Shown here: positions 1 to 12,934 of the stretch, one piece after another
Layout of the letters: each line of letters opens with the position of its first letter
How positions within the stretch are numbered: the stretch's first letter is position 1
DNA from: Octopus vulgaris
Taxonomy: Eukaryota
Reading direction: 5' to 3'
NCBI GenBank assembly: GCA_951406725.2
Contig: OX597821.1
Location: 24,862,001-24,926,000, forward strand
Length of the DNA stretch: 64,000 nt
Notes under the pieces: model-generated
The model's input: the letters and a program-made list of their open reading frames with translations, nothing else
Databases searched by the model: none
Told to the model about the DNA's origin: nothing
Position numbers and translations under genes: made by a program

Positions 1-1299
1 GTTCGGTATTACATGTCAAAAGTGAAAGATCTACATTGTAATGTGATTATTGTTTCACCTTTAATTCTAATGCAATAACACGGAGATCATCTTATTTCTG
101 TTATATTTATGAGACTTTCAGAACAACAGCAAACGCATTCGGCAGCACATCAAAAGAAGGGAGATGAGACTTTTTCCAAGATCAGCCAACACACGCTGCA
201 AATACATCAAATGGAGTCTCAAAACAGAAGAGAGATGAGACTGTCTTAAGATCAGAAAATGTATGCTGAGGCACGTCAATGCATGGAGTCTCAAAGCGAA
301 GCATGATGAGACTTTCCCAAGATCAGCAAACACATGCTGCAGCACATCAATTGTGGTCTCAAAACAGAAGCGAGATGAGACTGTCTTAAGATCAGCAAAG
401 GCACCCTGCAGCACGTCAAATGAAGTCTCAAGAGATAAGGGAGATGAGACTTTACCAAGAGAAACAAATGCGTGCTGCAGCACTTAATGTTGAATCATTA
501 AAAGAATGTTTTAATATTTAGACACAGGTCCAATAGAACAGCTCTCAGAATCAGACTGTGTACAAATTCTTTCTCCACAACTCCTGGAGCTGCTTTCAGA
601 TATGATCTATTCCATTCTTATAAAAATGACAATTTTGTTCAAATTGTCGTTTCTGCAAAGCTTTAAAATTTCCAAATGAAACTAATGGCATGTGCTACTC
701 AAGTGGTAAGGTAAGATTGAGCTCCTCTTCAACCTCTTATAGATTTTCTGGATGGCACTTCCATCCAGTCAAAGGATTTTCTGAACAATACCAGACAATA
801 CAACCTTGCATCTCAAATGACATCATTTGGTGCATCTATGGAAATAGTTGAACATGGATTTATGCTAACATTCAAAGTTCAAGGGCAAGTCTATCACCTC
901 ATTGTTTCCCTGTTACCCACGAATGAACAACCACAGTTCCTCCAAATTTACTTTGTGTGACGTAGGACAACAAACCTGAAGGAGGTATCAAAACTTCTGA
1001 TAATGGATCGTGTTAGACACAGTGCCGAATGCTGCCAAAGAAAGTATATGCACTGACAGCTTTGCAGTGCATTCAAAAATCACATAACCCCCACCTCAAA
1101 TTTTCCATGACAGGTTATGGCTTGGAATACTCCAAACGGACACATGACATGTCGCTCAGTTGAATTAGCCTATAATTTACTCCACAAATATTTTGTTGTT
1201 AATGCTGCACTTTTCCATATCAAGTGTTTCAAAAAACTATAATGTATATATACAAACTAGGCCATTTTAATCCTTAGCAATGCCGGGTATCTCTGCTAG
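1..1299 (+). mobile_element. Internally deleted, degenerate Helitron (5' part outside window)
   Basis: About 110-485 holds tandem charged repeats (..REMRLSQDQQTHAAA..). About 650-960 translates with frameshifts to CKALKFPNETNGMC..SGKV..QYNLASQMTSFGA..FKVQGQVYHLIVSLLP..PQFLQIYF, typical of the Helitron N-terminal region. It ends in GCAATGCCGGGTATCTCTG-CTAG (1296-1299) followed by T. Confidence 0.8.
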
Positions 1300-1310
1300 T
1301 ATATATATAT

Positions 1311-1700
1311 TTCTCTCTTACTTGTTTAATTCATTAGACTGCAGCCATGTTGGAGCATCACTTGAATTTTTAGTCGAATGTATCAACACTAGTACTTATT
1401 TTTTAAACCTGATATTTATTCTTTCTCTTTTGTCAGACCACTAAATTATGGGGATGCAATCACACCAACACCAGCTGTCAAGTGGTGGGTGAGGGGACAA
1501 ACACAGAAAGACACACACACACATATATATCCCATGCTAGCATGGAAAGCAGACGTTAAATGATGATGATGATGATATATGACATACTTCTTTCAGTTTC
1601 TGTCTACCAAATCCACTCACAAGGGTTTGGTCAGCCCAAAACACTTGCCCAAAGTACCATGCAGAGGGACTGAACCCAGAACCATGTAGTTGGGAAGCAC
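1311..1700 (-). mobile_element. tRNA-derived SINE (Octopus OK/OR-like), interrupted by a short RTE-tail fragment at ~1530-1577
   Basis: Reverse complement shows the head GGTTCTGGGTTCAGTCCC..CTTTGGGCAAGTG and the tail ..ATGCTCCAACATGGCTGCAGTC..AAACAAGTAA. Similar to copies at 2567, 27855 and 29113. Confidence 0.7.
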
Positions 1701-1794
1701 AAAACTTATTTTTCAGTCTCTTTTCAAATAATAATAATAATATGTATGTATTATTCATTACAAATCTTTAGGACTTAGACATCATTATTCATCT

Positions 1795-2290
1795 CTCCAT
1801 CAGGTGCAACATGCAAGAGAAAAGACTTCACTGGTATGGCCATGTAATGTGTATGAATGAAGACAGTTGCATCAAGAGGTACAAATCTCTAATTATAGAG
1901 GGAGCTTGGAGAAGAGGTAGACCCAGGAAGAAATGGGACAAAGTGGTGAGAAAGGATCTACGGATGGATCTCTTGAGGGGATGACGGAGGACCGAGACTC
2001 TTTGTGGTTTGCTGTACTTGGCATGTCAAGCTAAGTAAAAGCATGGTTGCCCTTGCATACAGCTCATCCCCTACAACCCTCACCAGCTGAGCATCCCTAA
2101 TCTTACAGGCTCATAGATGCTGGTGCCACATAAAAAGCACCTAGTACACTCTGTAAAGTGGTTGTCATTAGGGAGCGCATCCAGCCATGATAGACATGGA
2201 GCCTGAACAGCCCGTCAGCTGGTCAGCTCCTGTCAAACTGTCCAGCTCATGCCTGCGTGGAAAACAGACATTAAATGATGATGATGATGA
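1795..2290 (+). mobile_element. RTE-clade LINE 3' fragment with 3' UTR and (GAT)n tail
   Basis: Translates to KRLHWYGHVMCMNEDSCIKR..EGAWRRGRPRKKWDKVVRKDL and ends in CATTAAATGATGATGATG. Confidence 0.75.
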
Positions 2291-2566
2291 ATCATAGATA
2301 ACATGCACTGTAAAACCTCCAACTTGCTGTTATTTGAAATCTCTGTGTGAGACTCTGAACAGCTTGTATAAAACAAAGCAACAACAATGAAAATAATAAT
2401 AATATTGGATAGTATTTTAAAAATTTGCTGTGTACTTAACCACTCCAATCCCTGTTATCAGGAAAAGAATAGATGTTGAGGTAATGATGATGATTGCCTC
2501 CTTTAGTATTTTTCATTTTTGTTATTCTTTCTTCAAAATTTCTTTCAATTAAAAAACTGTATCATA

Positions 2567-2948
2567 TTCTTTTACTTGTTTCAGTCATTTGACTGCAGCC
2601 ACGAATTGACCCCAAGACTTATTCCTTGTAAGCCTCTATTCTGTCAATCTCCTTTGCTAAACTGCTAAGTTACAGGGACATAAATACACCGATATCAGTT
2701 GTCAAACGATGGTGGTGGGACAAATACACACACACACAAATATTTGCATATGCACATATATATATGTGTGTGTGTATGTATATATATATATGACATGCTT
2801 CTTTCAGTTTCCATCTACCAAATCCACTCCCAAGGCTTTGATTGGCCCAAGACTATAGTAGAAGACACATGCCCAGGGTGCCATGCAGTGGGACTGAGCC
2901 TGGAACCATATGGTTGGGAAGCAAGCTTCTTACCACACAGTCACACCT
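2567..2948 (-). mobile_element. tRNA-derived SINE with internal (TA/CA)n
   Basis: Same family as 1311 and 29113. Head on the minus strand reads GTGTGACTGTGTGGTAAGAAGCTTGCTTCCCAACC. Confidence 0.75.
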
Positions 2949-3829
2949 AAATTTATGAGCAAGTAGTTTTATACCTATAATTTTGAAATATGTGTCATCC
3001 TAAAATAAATGTCTTACAGGAATCCACCTCCCTCTCATTAAATATTCTGAAATCTTTTGAAACTCTTAACTTTTGCACAACTTGTGATTGAGACTTGGTT
3101 AAATTGAGTGATAACATAGTGGCTCTCTTTTGTGTCTAAGGAAGATCTTCACTTAATTCTAAATGTTTTTTCTTTCATACACTTGAAGCCTGTCCGCCAT
3201 CAGATTCTTATAGCAAGTCAAGTCAAAACAATTTTTGACCTGACATATTCTGATCTGAGATTTATACTAGAGTGTCTTTCTCTAAAACTCCTTGAGGAAC
3301 TTAACACTTCTTAATTTTACCAAACCACTTCTGAGAGTGGTGGTAACTTTTTACCTTCACACAATTTCAAGTTTTGTGCAGTGCACATTATAAGAATAAA
3401 GCTTTTAGCCATGAATACACAGGACCTGAACTACCAACCTCTCAGTTGTTTGTCTAATATCCTTTCCACTTGGCTATTTGTACTCTCAACAATAAATATA
3501 AATCAGTAGATAATTCCAGAGAACAAATAAAGTAAGAAATTTCTTAAAATCTAATAATATCATTTATTAAAATGCAAAATATATTTGTAAGTTCTACATT
3601 CTTGTAACATTCATTAGTGTGTGTATGTTGTTGTTGTTTTCAATATGTGAATATTAAAGTTCTCAGTATATACTTGAGCTAAAATATTTAGAGTTGTGTG
3701 CATGTGAGGAACTCTCTATGAGAATCTATACCCTCATTTTTCATATACATATCTGAAAATATCAGTGATTATGACAACAAGCTTAGCTTTTTCTTTTTAC
3801 TTCTGTGCATTCCAGTTGACAAAGGGACT

Positions 3830-4590
3830 GCAGTGGGTGGTAAGATGATGCTGTCAAACTTATCCAAACCTACCCAGCATAGAAAAAGTGAACATAAAAA
3901 TGTGGATGATGATGTTAGTGGATTCAAGTCTAATGTGGAGCATGAGACACAACATACAAGGATGGGCTGAAAAGTTCTTAGGTCTTTTGGTACCTGATCA
4001 AAAACACACTGGGCAGACCCATCACAGGAAAATCTGATGTTGTTTGAGGCTGGTTTCCTTGAGCGTTTTCTAACCAAAGTTGTATGTTGGCTTCATCATT
4101 TTGAGCCAGAGACAAAGAGACAATTCATGCAATTGAAACACTCCTCCTCACCTGTTCCAAAGAAAGCTAAGGTTGTTTCATCTGCAGGGAAGATGGCCTC
4201 AGTTTTCTGGGATGCTGAAAGCATTGTTGGCTATCTTCAGAAGGATCACACCATCAATGGAGCATGCTATACCAACTTGTTAAGGCAGTTATGAAAGGTT
4301 GTCAAGACCAAACACCCAGAAAAACTCATGAAAAGGGTCTTGTTTCATCAGGACAATGCTCCAGCTCACAAGTCCTTGGTTTTGGTCCCATCTGATTATC
4401 CTCTGTTCTCCAGTGCTGTTGATGACTTTTTTTTTTACCAACAGGATGAAAGCTTCTTTACTAATGGGATCCAAGCACTGCAACTCTGATGGAAGGAGTA
4501 TGTGGACTGCAGGGAGGTCTATGTTGAAAAATAAACCTCACTTGGTCACATTCTAAGTATATCTTGGTCAGCCTATGAGCTTTTCAGCCA
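3830..4590 (+). mobile_element. Degenerate mariner transposon
   Basis: ORF 4037-4294 has WLHHFEPETKRQFMQLKHSSSPVPKKAK..SAGKMASVFWD. LFHQDNAPAH follows after a frameshift, then a TIR-like end near 4566-4590. Confidence 0.8.
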
Positions 4591-5139
4591 AAACTTATAT
4601 ATAAAAATGCAAGTTGCTATCTGTAACAATTCTTAGAATAGTCATGGATTGTCAAAGAATGACAGCTGGTGATCATCTCCACCATGAAGCAAAATCACTG
4701 AAAATACAATCACACTCCCATCTCTGGTTTTATTTTACCTAGCTAAATGTTGGAACAGAAGTCATTCATATCACCTATTATCTTCAAATCAGAGCAACAA
4801 GTTGATAAATAATGCCAACTCTATTTTCAAAAGTTCAGCAAAAAAAAACAACTCATTTAGAAATTCGGCAACAATGGAAAAACCATTGAAAAATTTCCAC
4901 TGTCTGGTGATTGTGAAGGCAATTTAAGGTGCTGCCTATCATTATCAATGAGGAAGAAAACTGCCCACAATAGAAAACAAGGCACACACTTGCTTAATTA
5001 TACTCGTTTTTTTTTCTTCTGTGCTAAACAACTATTGCACTCAAATAGATTCAAAAAGTGCCAAAATATTGTCTTAATATTCCACAGGATTTTTCTTCAT
5101 CATTAGTTTAGCATTCCCTTTATCATGCATGCATAGATC

Positions 5140-5500
5140 AGTCAGAATTTGTTCAGGTAGTTTTCTATGGCCAAATGCCTTTCTCATTACCAACCCTCAA
5201 CTGTTTCCAAGTAAGATAATTATTTCATGGTAGGACAGAAGACTGGAAATGAGGGACACTGACATTCATTTATAACTATCATGTAATGTCAAGACAAAGA
5301 AACAAACTCTCACACATAGATAAATATATAATAGGCTTCTTCCATTTTTTTTTTCCATCTACCAAATCCATTCTCAAGGCTTTGGTTGACCCAGGGCTTC
5401 TGTAGAAGTCACTTACCCAAGGTACTACATAGTAGAATTTGAATCTATGTGCTTGGGAAGTAAATTTCTTAACCATGTAGCCATATTTGTGCCTATCCAT
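5140..5500 (-). mobile_element. Degenerate tRNA-derived SINE
   Basis: CCATCTACCAAATCCATTCTCAAGGCTTTGG..CACTTACCCAAGGT matches the other SINE copies. Confidence 0.6.
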
Positions 5501-6943
5501 GCCTACTAACCTAAATGTACTGGATCTATGCAACAACCTCAAGAAAGCAAAATAGCTTCAACATGAATGGTAACATTGAATTTTTGTTGTGCTAACTCCA
5601 ATAACAATAGTGAATGCTAAAAAGAGTGAGAAATTGAAATAAAAAAAATCATTTGAATATGTATATTCACAAAAAATTTCAGTATTTCTTCTTTGTAGTA
5701 TTGCTTTCTACACATCTAAAATTGTTCGTCATCTTTTAAATTTCATCTTTTAAATCTCAAAATATTCTAATTGTCCCGTGTCGTTTGTATAAAATATCTC
5801 ATAACCTACTGAAACACCAGTGGAGACTCTAGTTATGTCTTCTTAGAATAATACAAATAGACAACTGTGGTTTCTCATTGCTTTTTCTTGATCAATGGCA
5901 AAAATTTACATTTTTCATACAGAACCCTTTTTGATTTAGAAGCAAATTGTACCTTAATACAACAGTACCCATTTAATTAGGTACATATCTTGAAGTATTT
6001 AGTTGCTTCATTTTTGTATTTAAGCATTAGTTGACAAAAATTCTATGACTAATTTTATATTTAGGAATTGCTTGTTGTTTATTTAACTATTAAAATGTTA
6101 AAATGCACATTTTTTGCAACTGAAGATTATTCAGTTATATATTTAATATCAATTAATTCCAAGCAAATATCATTTTTAATCAAAAATTGCAAGACAACAC
6201 ACTGCCTTTTTTGACAGTAATGTCTGTTTTTCTTCCAACATCAGTTCAATTATATATATAAAGCTCAGCTGCTAATCATTAAATATAAATAAGTCATAAA
6301 ATAACTATAAAGGTAATTATTAGCTCTCTATAGAAAATATTTTTTATGTAGTTATTGCTTTATTATTTCTATTCTACTGAAATATTTCCTGAAAGCAATG
6401 ATTAGCAAGTGGATTAGCGACTGTTAGGCAGTGAAGTTCCCACACTGTTCACACCCCACAACTTGACAGATGTCTGTGATTTTATTATTATATTATTGCA
6501 GCTAGGTTATCTGATAAAGAACTTTTAATACAGACTAATTTGTCAAAGTCTCTTGCTAGGTTTTATGACTCCCTACAGCAATATATATCAGTGTTCTGAT
6601 TAACTTAAATGGCACAACACTTGGGAATGAAACTCATGTTCATTTATTTCTCCACAATGTCTTTTTACTGATAGTTTTATAATCTGTGACAAAGTGATTC
6701 TTTTATTGAGGGTAAAAAGTAATTCTCATATAAAGATGAAAGCAATATTGTTAGACATTGGAATCAATTTCTTTTAAAAGGTTATAAAATACAGTTTTTA
6801 AACATTATAGGTGTAATAAAAATTTTGCGTCACGCATGTCTTTTGGCATATGTATCTATTTATATATATATGCATCTATGCACATAGATGTGCATGTGTG
6901 TGTGTGTATAAATATATGTGGGTGTGTGTTTATATTTATATAT

Positions 6944-7392
6944 ATCCTGTTATCCTTTATTCTAATAAGGTGTCCAGTCCAACGTAACCAGTGCTTGTGC
7001 ACCATCGCCTCAATACTCAATAAATCAGCTGTCCTCAAGACCTGTGTGTCTGAAGTTTTTAAGGTCCAGCCAACATTCAGTATCTGTCGCAGATATCTCT
7101 GATGAAAGCGTTCAAGGACCCTTACATGGCATTTGTAAAGGGTCCATGTCTCACATGAGTAAAGGAGCGATTTCAGTACACAGCAATTTTTGTTTGTGTT
7201 TTGATGCCATGCTGGGACCAGACATGAGACTGAAGAGTCCAGAAGGAATCAGTTACTCTCTGCAGGATCCCTAAGCAGATGCTGTATGGGGAACTTGTGA
7301 ATTGAAAGACACCCTGGCAGAAACCAAGGCTGCAATTTAAGGAGTGTGTCAAGTTCTCATTAAAGGCTTGTGATATGCAGGGGACTGACTAG
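6944..7392. mobile_element. RTE (BovB-like) LINE fragment with 5' inversion (6944-7265 minus, 7263-7392 plus)
   Basis: Both parts align by eye to the same-family copy at ~14970-15410. The minus part ends ..WLRWTGHLIRIKDNRI and the plus part resumes RIPKQMLYGEL.. Confidence 0.8.
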
Positions 7393-7800
7393 CATGGGTT
7401 GGATGGTTCGACCGGGGTCTGGGAAGCCAGGAGGCTGCACCAGGCTCCAGTCTGATCTGGCAGTTTTTCTACAGCTGGATGCCCTTCCTAACACCAACCA
7501 CTCCGTGAGTGTAGTGGGTGCTTTTTACGTGCCACTGGCACAGGGGCCAGAGGAGGCTGGCAACAGTCATGATTGGTTGGTGCCTTTTACATTCCACTGG
7601 CATGGAAGCCAGTCATGGTGGCACTGGCATCAGTCACATTCGGATGGTGCCTTTTATGTGCTACCAGCACGGATATCACAACTACAATTTCCATGTGATT
7701 TTCATTTTGGTGTTGATGTACTTGACTCAATAGGTGTCCTCAAGCACAGCAGGTCACCCTACGATCCAAGGTACTTTTGAATGGGCTTGGGCTGGTTATA
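7389..7800 (-). mobile_element. RTE LINE 3' UTR fragment
   Basis: Reverse complement of the UTR at 9330-9897 (CTACAGCTGGATGCCCTTCCTAACACCAACCACTCC..). Confidence 0.7.
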
Positions 7801-7809
7801 CGACACAGG

Positions 7810-9897
7810 CAGTGTTGGCTATAGCCTAGTCACCCGTATAGTCAACCAGGTGATACATGAAGGAGTCGTACCCAATGACTGGTGTAGCAGCTCCATAGTC
7901 AACTGCTACAAAGGTAAAGGTAAAGGTGATGCATTAGATACAAATAATTACAGTGGTATCAAACTAGTGAAAGTCACAGAGAGGGTTGTAGCCCAACTAA
8001 TTAGCAAGAGGGTCAGTCTAGACAAGACAGAGTTTGGGTTTGGACAGGGAAAAGTACCACTGATGCTATATTTCTGGTAAGACAGCTGCAGGTGAAATTC
8101 CTAGCCAAAGATAAACCTCTGTACCTGGCTTTCGTTGACATGGAGAAAGCCTTTGACAGGGTCCCCTTATCCCTTATCTGGTGGTCAATGAGAAAACCAG
8201 GGATAGATGAATGGTTAGTGAGGGCCGAGCAAGCCATGTTCAGGGACGCTGTCAGCAAGGTGAGGGTTGGCAACGAGTACAGTAAAGAATTCAGGGTAGA
8301 GGTAAGGGTCCACCAAGGTTCAGTCCTCAGCCCTCTCCTATTTATCAAAGTCCTCCAGGCAATAACAGAGGAATTCAAAACAGGATGCCCCTGGGAGCTC
8401 CTCTATGTGGATGATCGTGCTCTAATTGCTGAGTTACTATCAGAACTAGAGGAAAAGTTTCAGGTGTGGAAGTAAGGATTAGAGTCAACCTAGCTAAAAC
8501 CAAAGTCTTAATAAGTAGGAAGGCAGACAAACTACAAATCCCTTCAGCTAGATGATCCTGCTCAATCTGTAGAAAAAGCATAGGTAGAAACTCTATAAGA
8601 TGTACCCAGTGTAAGCAATGGACACAAAAGAGCTGCAGCAATCTCAAAGGAAGGCTAACTGGGAAGATAGTTTTTGTATGTGGCAGATGCTCAGGAGCAA
8701 TAAACACTGAAAATGCGCAGAGACCAACTTCCGCCATATTCCAGGGAGAAAAACTACAAGTAGTTGACAGCTTTCGTTACCTTGGTAACCAAGTCAGTAG
8801 CCAGGATGGATGCTCTGAAAGTGTAGATGCTAGAATAAGAATAGCCTGGGCAAAGTTCTGAGAGCTCTGCTGGTGACAAAGGGCCTCTCGCTCAGAGTAA
8901 AAGATAGACTGTATGACGCATGTGTATGAACAGCCATGGTACATGGCAGTGAAACATGGGCTGTGACTTCTGAGGACGTGCGTAAGCCTGCAAGGAATGA
9001 AGCCAGTATGCTCCGCTGGATGTGTAATGTCAGTGTGCATACACGACAGAGTGTAAGTGCCTTGAGAGAAAAGTTGGACCTAAAAAACAGCTGTGGTGTA
9101 CAAGAGAGATGACTGCGCTGGTATTGTCGTGGTGAGAATGGATGAGAACAGCTGTGTGAAAAAGTGTCACACCCCAACGGTTGAGGGAACCTGTGGAAGA
9201 GGTAGACCCAGGAAGACATGGGATGAGGTGGTGAAGCATGACCTTCGAACATTAGGCCTCACCGAGGCAATGACTAGTGACCAAGACCTTTGGAAATATA
9301 CTGTGCTTGAGAAGACCCGGCAAGCCAAATGAGACAATAACCCATGGCCAATGCCAGTGGTGTAACCAGCCCACTTATGCATACCTTTCTTTCTTTGGAC
9401 ACTAAACTTGGTTTGTGAAGACTTGTTGAGGCAAGTGAAATCGAAATCAAATTCGCTGACGTAGCCGATGACAGCACCGTCTGACTAGTATCCATGCTAG
9501 TGGAATGTTAAGAGCACCATCCAAGTGTGATTTCTTCCAGGGCCACTGACTGGCTCCCGTGCCAGCGGCACGTAAAAAGCACCATTCGAGTGTAATCATT
9601 ATCAGCATCACCTTACTGGCACTTGTGCCAGTGGCATGTGAAAAACAACATTCAAGCAAGGTCATTGCCTGTGCAGGTGGCATGTAAAAAAACACCATTC
9701 AAGCCAGTACCGCCTGACTGGCACATAAAAGCACCCACAACACTCTCAGATTGGTTGATGTCATGAAGAGCATCCAGCTATAGAAACTCTGCTAGATCAG
9801 ATTGGAGCCTAGTGCAGCCATCTGGCTTGCCAGTCCTCAGTCAAACCATCCAACCCATACCAGCATGGGAAGCGGATGTTAAACAATGATGATGATC
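7810..9897 (+). mobile_element. 5'-truncated RTE-clade LINE (frameshifted RT, C-terminal region, modular 3' UTR, (GAT)n tail)
   Basis: RT motifs VPNDWCSSSIVNCYKGKG, AFVDMEKAFDRV, VHQGSVLSPLLF and LYVDD. C-terminus GRGRPRKTWDEVVKHDL. Multiple stops and frameshifts. Confidence 0.92.
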
Positions 9898-10060
9898 GTC
9901 GTTTAACGTCCGTTCTCCATGCTAGCATGGGTTGGACGGTTTGACCGGGGTTCTGGGAAGCCAGAAGGCTGCACCAGGCTCCAGTCTAATCTGGCAATGT
10001 TTCTACAGCTGGATGCCCTTCCTAACGCCAACCACTCCGTGAGTGTAGTGGGTGCTTTTA
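9895..10060 (-). mobile_element. RTE 3'-tail fragment, tail-to-tail with the preceding LINE
   Basis: Inverted copy of 9726-9895. Confidence 0.8.
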
Positions 10061-10133
10061 TATGTATATATATATATATTTGTATGTATATATATATGTG
10101 TTGGGGGAGTATGTGTGTGTATGTATATATATA

Positions 10134-10947
10134 CAGGGGTTGGACAAAATAATGGAAACACCTAGCATCATAATTTTGAAATATCTATAAAACCATCAAA
10201 AGCTTGTTTATATGTTTTGCTAAAATTGCTGTTTCTTTTCAGATATCATCAGAAAAAGGTAATTAAAATCACAGATCTATCAGATTTTCAAAGAGGTCAA
10301 ATTGTTGGTGCTCTTACGGTAGGCCCTAGCGTAACGGAAAGAGTCGAAATATTTGGTGTATCAAGAAGTACTGTCTCGGAAGTAATGACAGCCTTTGAGA
10401 AAGAGGGAAAAGCCTCCTCCTCAAAACAAAACTCCGGAAGAAAACCAAAACTTTCAGATAGGGACCATTGGATTCTTATGCGAATTGTTAGAAAGGATCA
10501 CAAAAGTATGGCAGAATTAATAGTCAAGACTATTTCAACATTTTATCTGATCAAATTCATCCTATGGTTGCAGAACTGTTTCTGGAAGGAAACACAAACT
10601 TTCAGGATGAAAATGCACCAATTCACACAGCTAAAGTTGTTACTGAATAGAACAAGGAACATTCTAGTGAAGTTGAACATCTTATCTGGCCACCACAGTC
10701 CCCAGGTCTCAATATTATTGAACATTTATGGTGCATTTTAGAAAAACAAGTAAGGAGTCGATATCCTCCACCATCGTCACTGCAATAACAACTGAAGAAT
10801 GGAGAAAAATTCCTTTGGAAACAATTCAAACTTTGTATGAGTCCATACCTCGTAGAATTCAAGCTGTAATTACTGCTAAAGGCGGTCCTACCCCATATTA
10901 AAATTAATTTGTTTGAAATTTTAGGATGTTTCCATTATTTTGTCCAA

Positions 10948-10949
<2 letters not shown>
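10134..10949 (+). mobile_element. Internally deleted Tc1-family transposon
   Basis: TA + TIR CAGGGGTTGGACAAAATAATGGAAACA and the inverted TGTTTCCATTATTTTGTCCAACC. HTH region DLSDFQRGQIVGA..GVSRSTVS..SGRKPKLSDRD and DDE remnant QDENAPIHTAK..WPPQSPGLNIIEHLW. Confidence 0.92.

Positions 10950-10950
<1 letters not shown>

Positions 10951-11008
<58 letters not shown>
10951..11008. repeat. (TA)n microsatellite
   Basis: Pure TA run. Confidence 0.95.
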
Positions 11009-11012
<4 letters not shown>

Positions 11013-11140
11013 GCATCCAGCTGTAGAAACTCTGCCAAATCAGATTGCAGCCGGGTGTAGCCATCTGGTTCGCCAGTCCTCTGTCAAATCGTCCAACCCA
11101 TGCAAGCATGGAAAGTGGACGTTAAGCGATGATGATGATC
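11009..11140 (+). mobile_element. RTE 3'-tail fragment
   Basis: AAGGGCATCCAGCTGTAGAAACTCTGCC..GCATGGAAAGTGGACGTTAAGCGATGATGATG. Confidence 0.75.
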
Positions 11141-11249
11141 AATAAATATATATATATATGTATGTATATATACACATATATATATACACAGCGGTGGTGC
11201 CCCAGCATGGCTGCGGCATTCGGGCTAAAACATTTTTAAGGATTTAAGA

Positions 11250-11298
<49 letters not shown>

Positions 11299-11311
11299 TA
11301 TATATATATAT

Positions 11312-12934
11312 GACGAATTTCCAGCGATCCTTCTCAAATCATGCAAACGAGCCCTTGCAAAACTGCTACAGCTTCTTTTTCAGAGCTTTCTTGCAAGTGG
11401 TAAGCTCCCAGTCAAATTGAAAGAGGGGGTAATATGCCCTATCCATAAGGGAGGTAGCAGAGCAGATGCTAAAAATTATAGGCCTATCTCTCTGACCTCA
11501 CACATCAGCAAAGTCATGGAATGAATAGTCCGTAAGAAACTAATCATGTTCCTTGAAGAAAATGACTTGCTGTCTGACACCCAGCATGGATTTTGACCAG
11601 GTAGAAGCTGCCTAACACAGCTCCTGCAACACTATGACTGGGTGTTAAAACAGCTACTAAATGGCTCAAATGTGGATGTAATATATCTCGACTTTGCAAA
11701 AGCCTTTGATAAAGTCGACCATGGTATGATCTGTCACAAACTGCGTGGTCTCGACATAGGCGGAAAACTTGGAGAGTGGCTGCACAACTTCCTAAAAGAC
11801 AGAAGACAGGCAGTTGTGAGTAATGGAGCTACCTCCAAGGAAACACAAATAACAAGCGGTGTCCCACAGGGCACTGTCTTGGGGCCACTGCTGTTCATAG
11901 TGGCCCTTTCAGACATGCCTTAAGTTGCTACGATGGCCACCCTTGCTAGCTATGCAGATGACAAAAGTCTCCCACACAATACAAAACCCTGAAAATGTTG
12001 CGCATCTGCAACAGGAGTTGGACACAATATCAGGTGGGCTGAGGACAACAATATGCAGTTTAATGCAGGTAAGTTCCAGGCCCTGCGCTACCGGCACACA
12101 AAGGTAAACGACATGCAGACTGGATACACTGGCCCAGGAAGAATTGCAATCCCTGAGTCAAAATCAGTGTGTGACCTGGGCATTGACGTGAGCAATGATG
12201 CATCTTTCCAAGTGCATATTACTAATCTGGTGATAAAATGCAGACGGCTAGCTGGATGGATTCTCCGAACTTTCAGAACAAGAGAGAAGGAGACACTGAT
12301 GGTCCTATGGAAAACATTCGTCCTCAGCCACTTGGACTACTGCTCCCAACTATGGTCACCACACAATATAAAACTAACAGCAGAACTCGAAGCAATTCAG
12401 AGAAGCTACACAAAGAAGATCGTCTCAATGCAAAATATCAGCTACTGGGAAAGACTGAAAGTATTAAACCTCTTCTCCCTAGAGCGGAGGCAGGAGAGAT
12501 ATGCGGTGATATACATCTGGAAAATCCTGGAAGGTCTTGTCCCAAACTTTGGCATTCAAAGTTACCCCAACCGCAGAACGGGGCGCCACTGCATGGTGCC
12601 AAAGATTCCAACATCACCATCAAAATACAGGTCCAGATACTGCAACAGCTTGGGTTTCAGAGGACCACAGCTCTTTAACATCCTCCCTAAATGCCTGAGA
12701 GACTTACATGGTGTGGATGTGGGTTTCTTTAAAACTAAACTGGATCTCTTCTTGTCGGGAGTCCCAGATGAACCTACCTCATGACAGGAGACACAGATGC
12801 GGGCAGCAGCATCGAACTCCCTTGTTGATCAAGTGCCACGTATCAGAGGTGGATTCACATATTAGTGTAGCTCATTCAGCGGTGGTGCCCCAGCATGGCC
12901 GCGGCCTTCGGGCTATAACATTTTTAAGGATTTA

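Noticed and set aside
110-485. Regularly spaced GAGATGAGACT repeats suggestive of a CRISPR-like array
   Set aside because: The intervening segments are homologous to each other and encode Helitron protein repeats. The context is eukaryotic, with no cas genes.
12053-12784. Longest ORF (243 aa) as a host gene
   Set aside because: It is the C-terminal part of a frameshifted CR1-like LINE ORF2.
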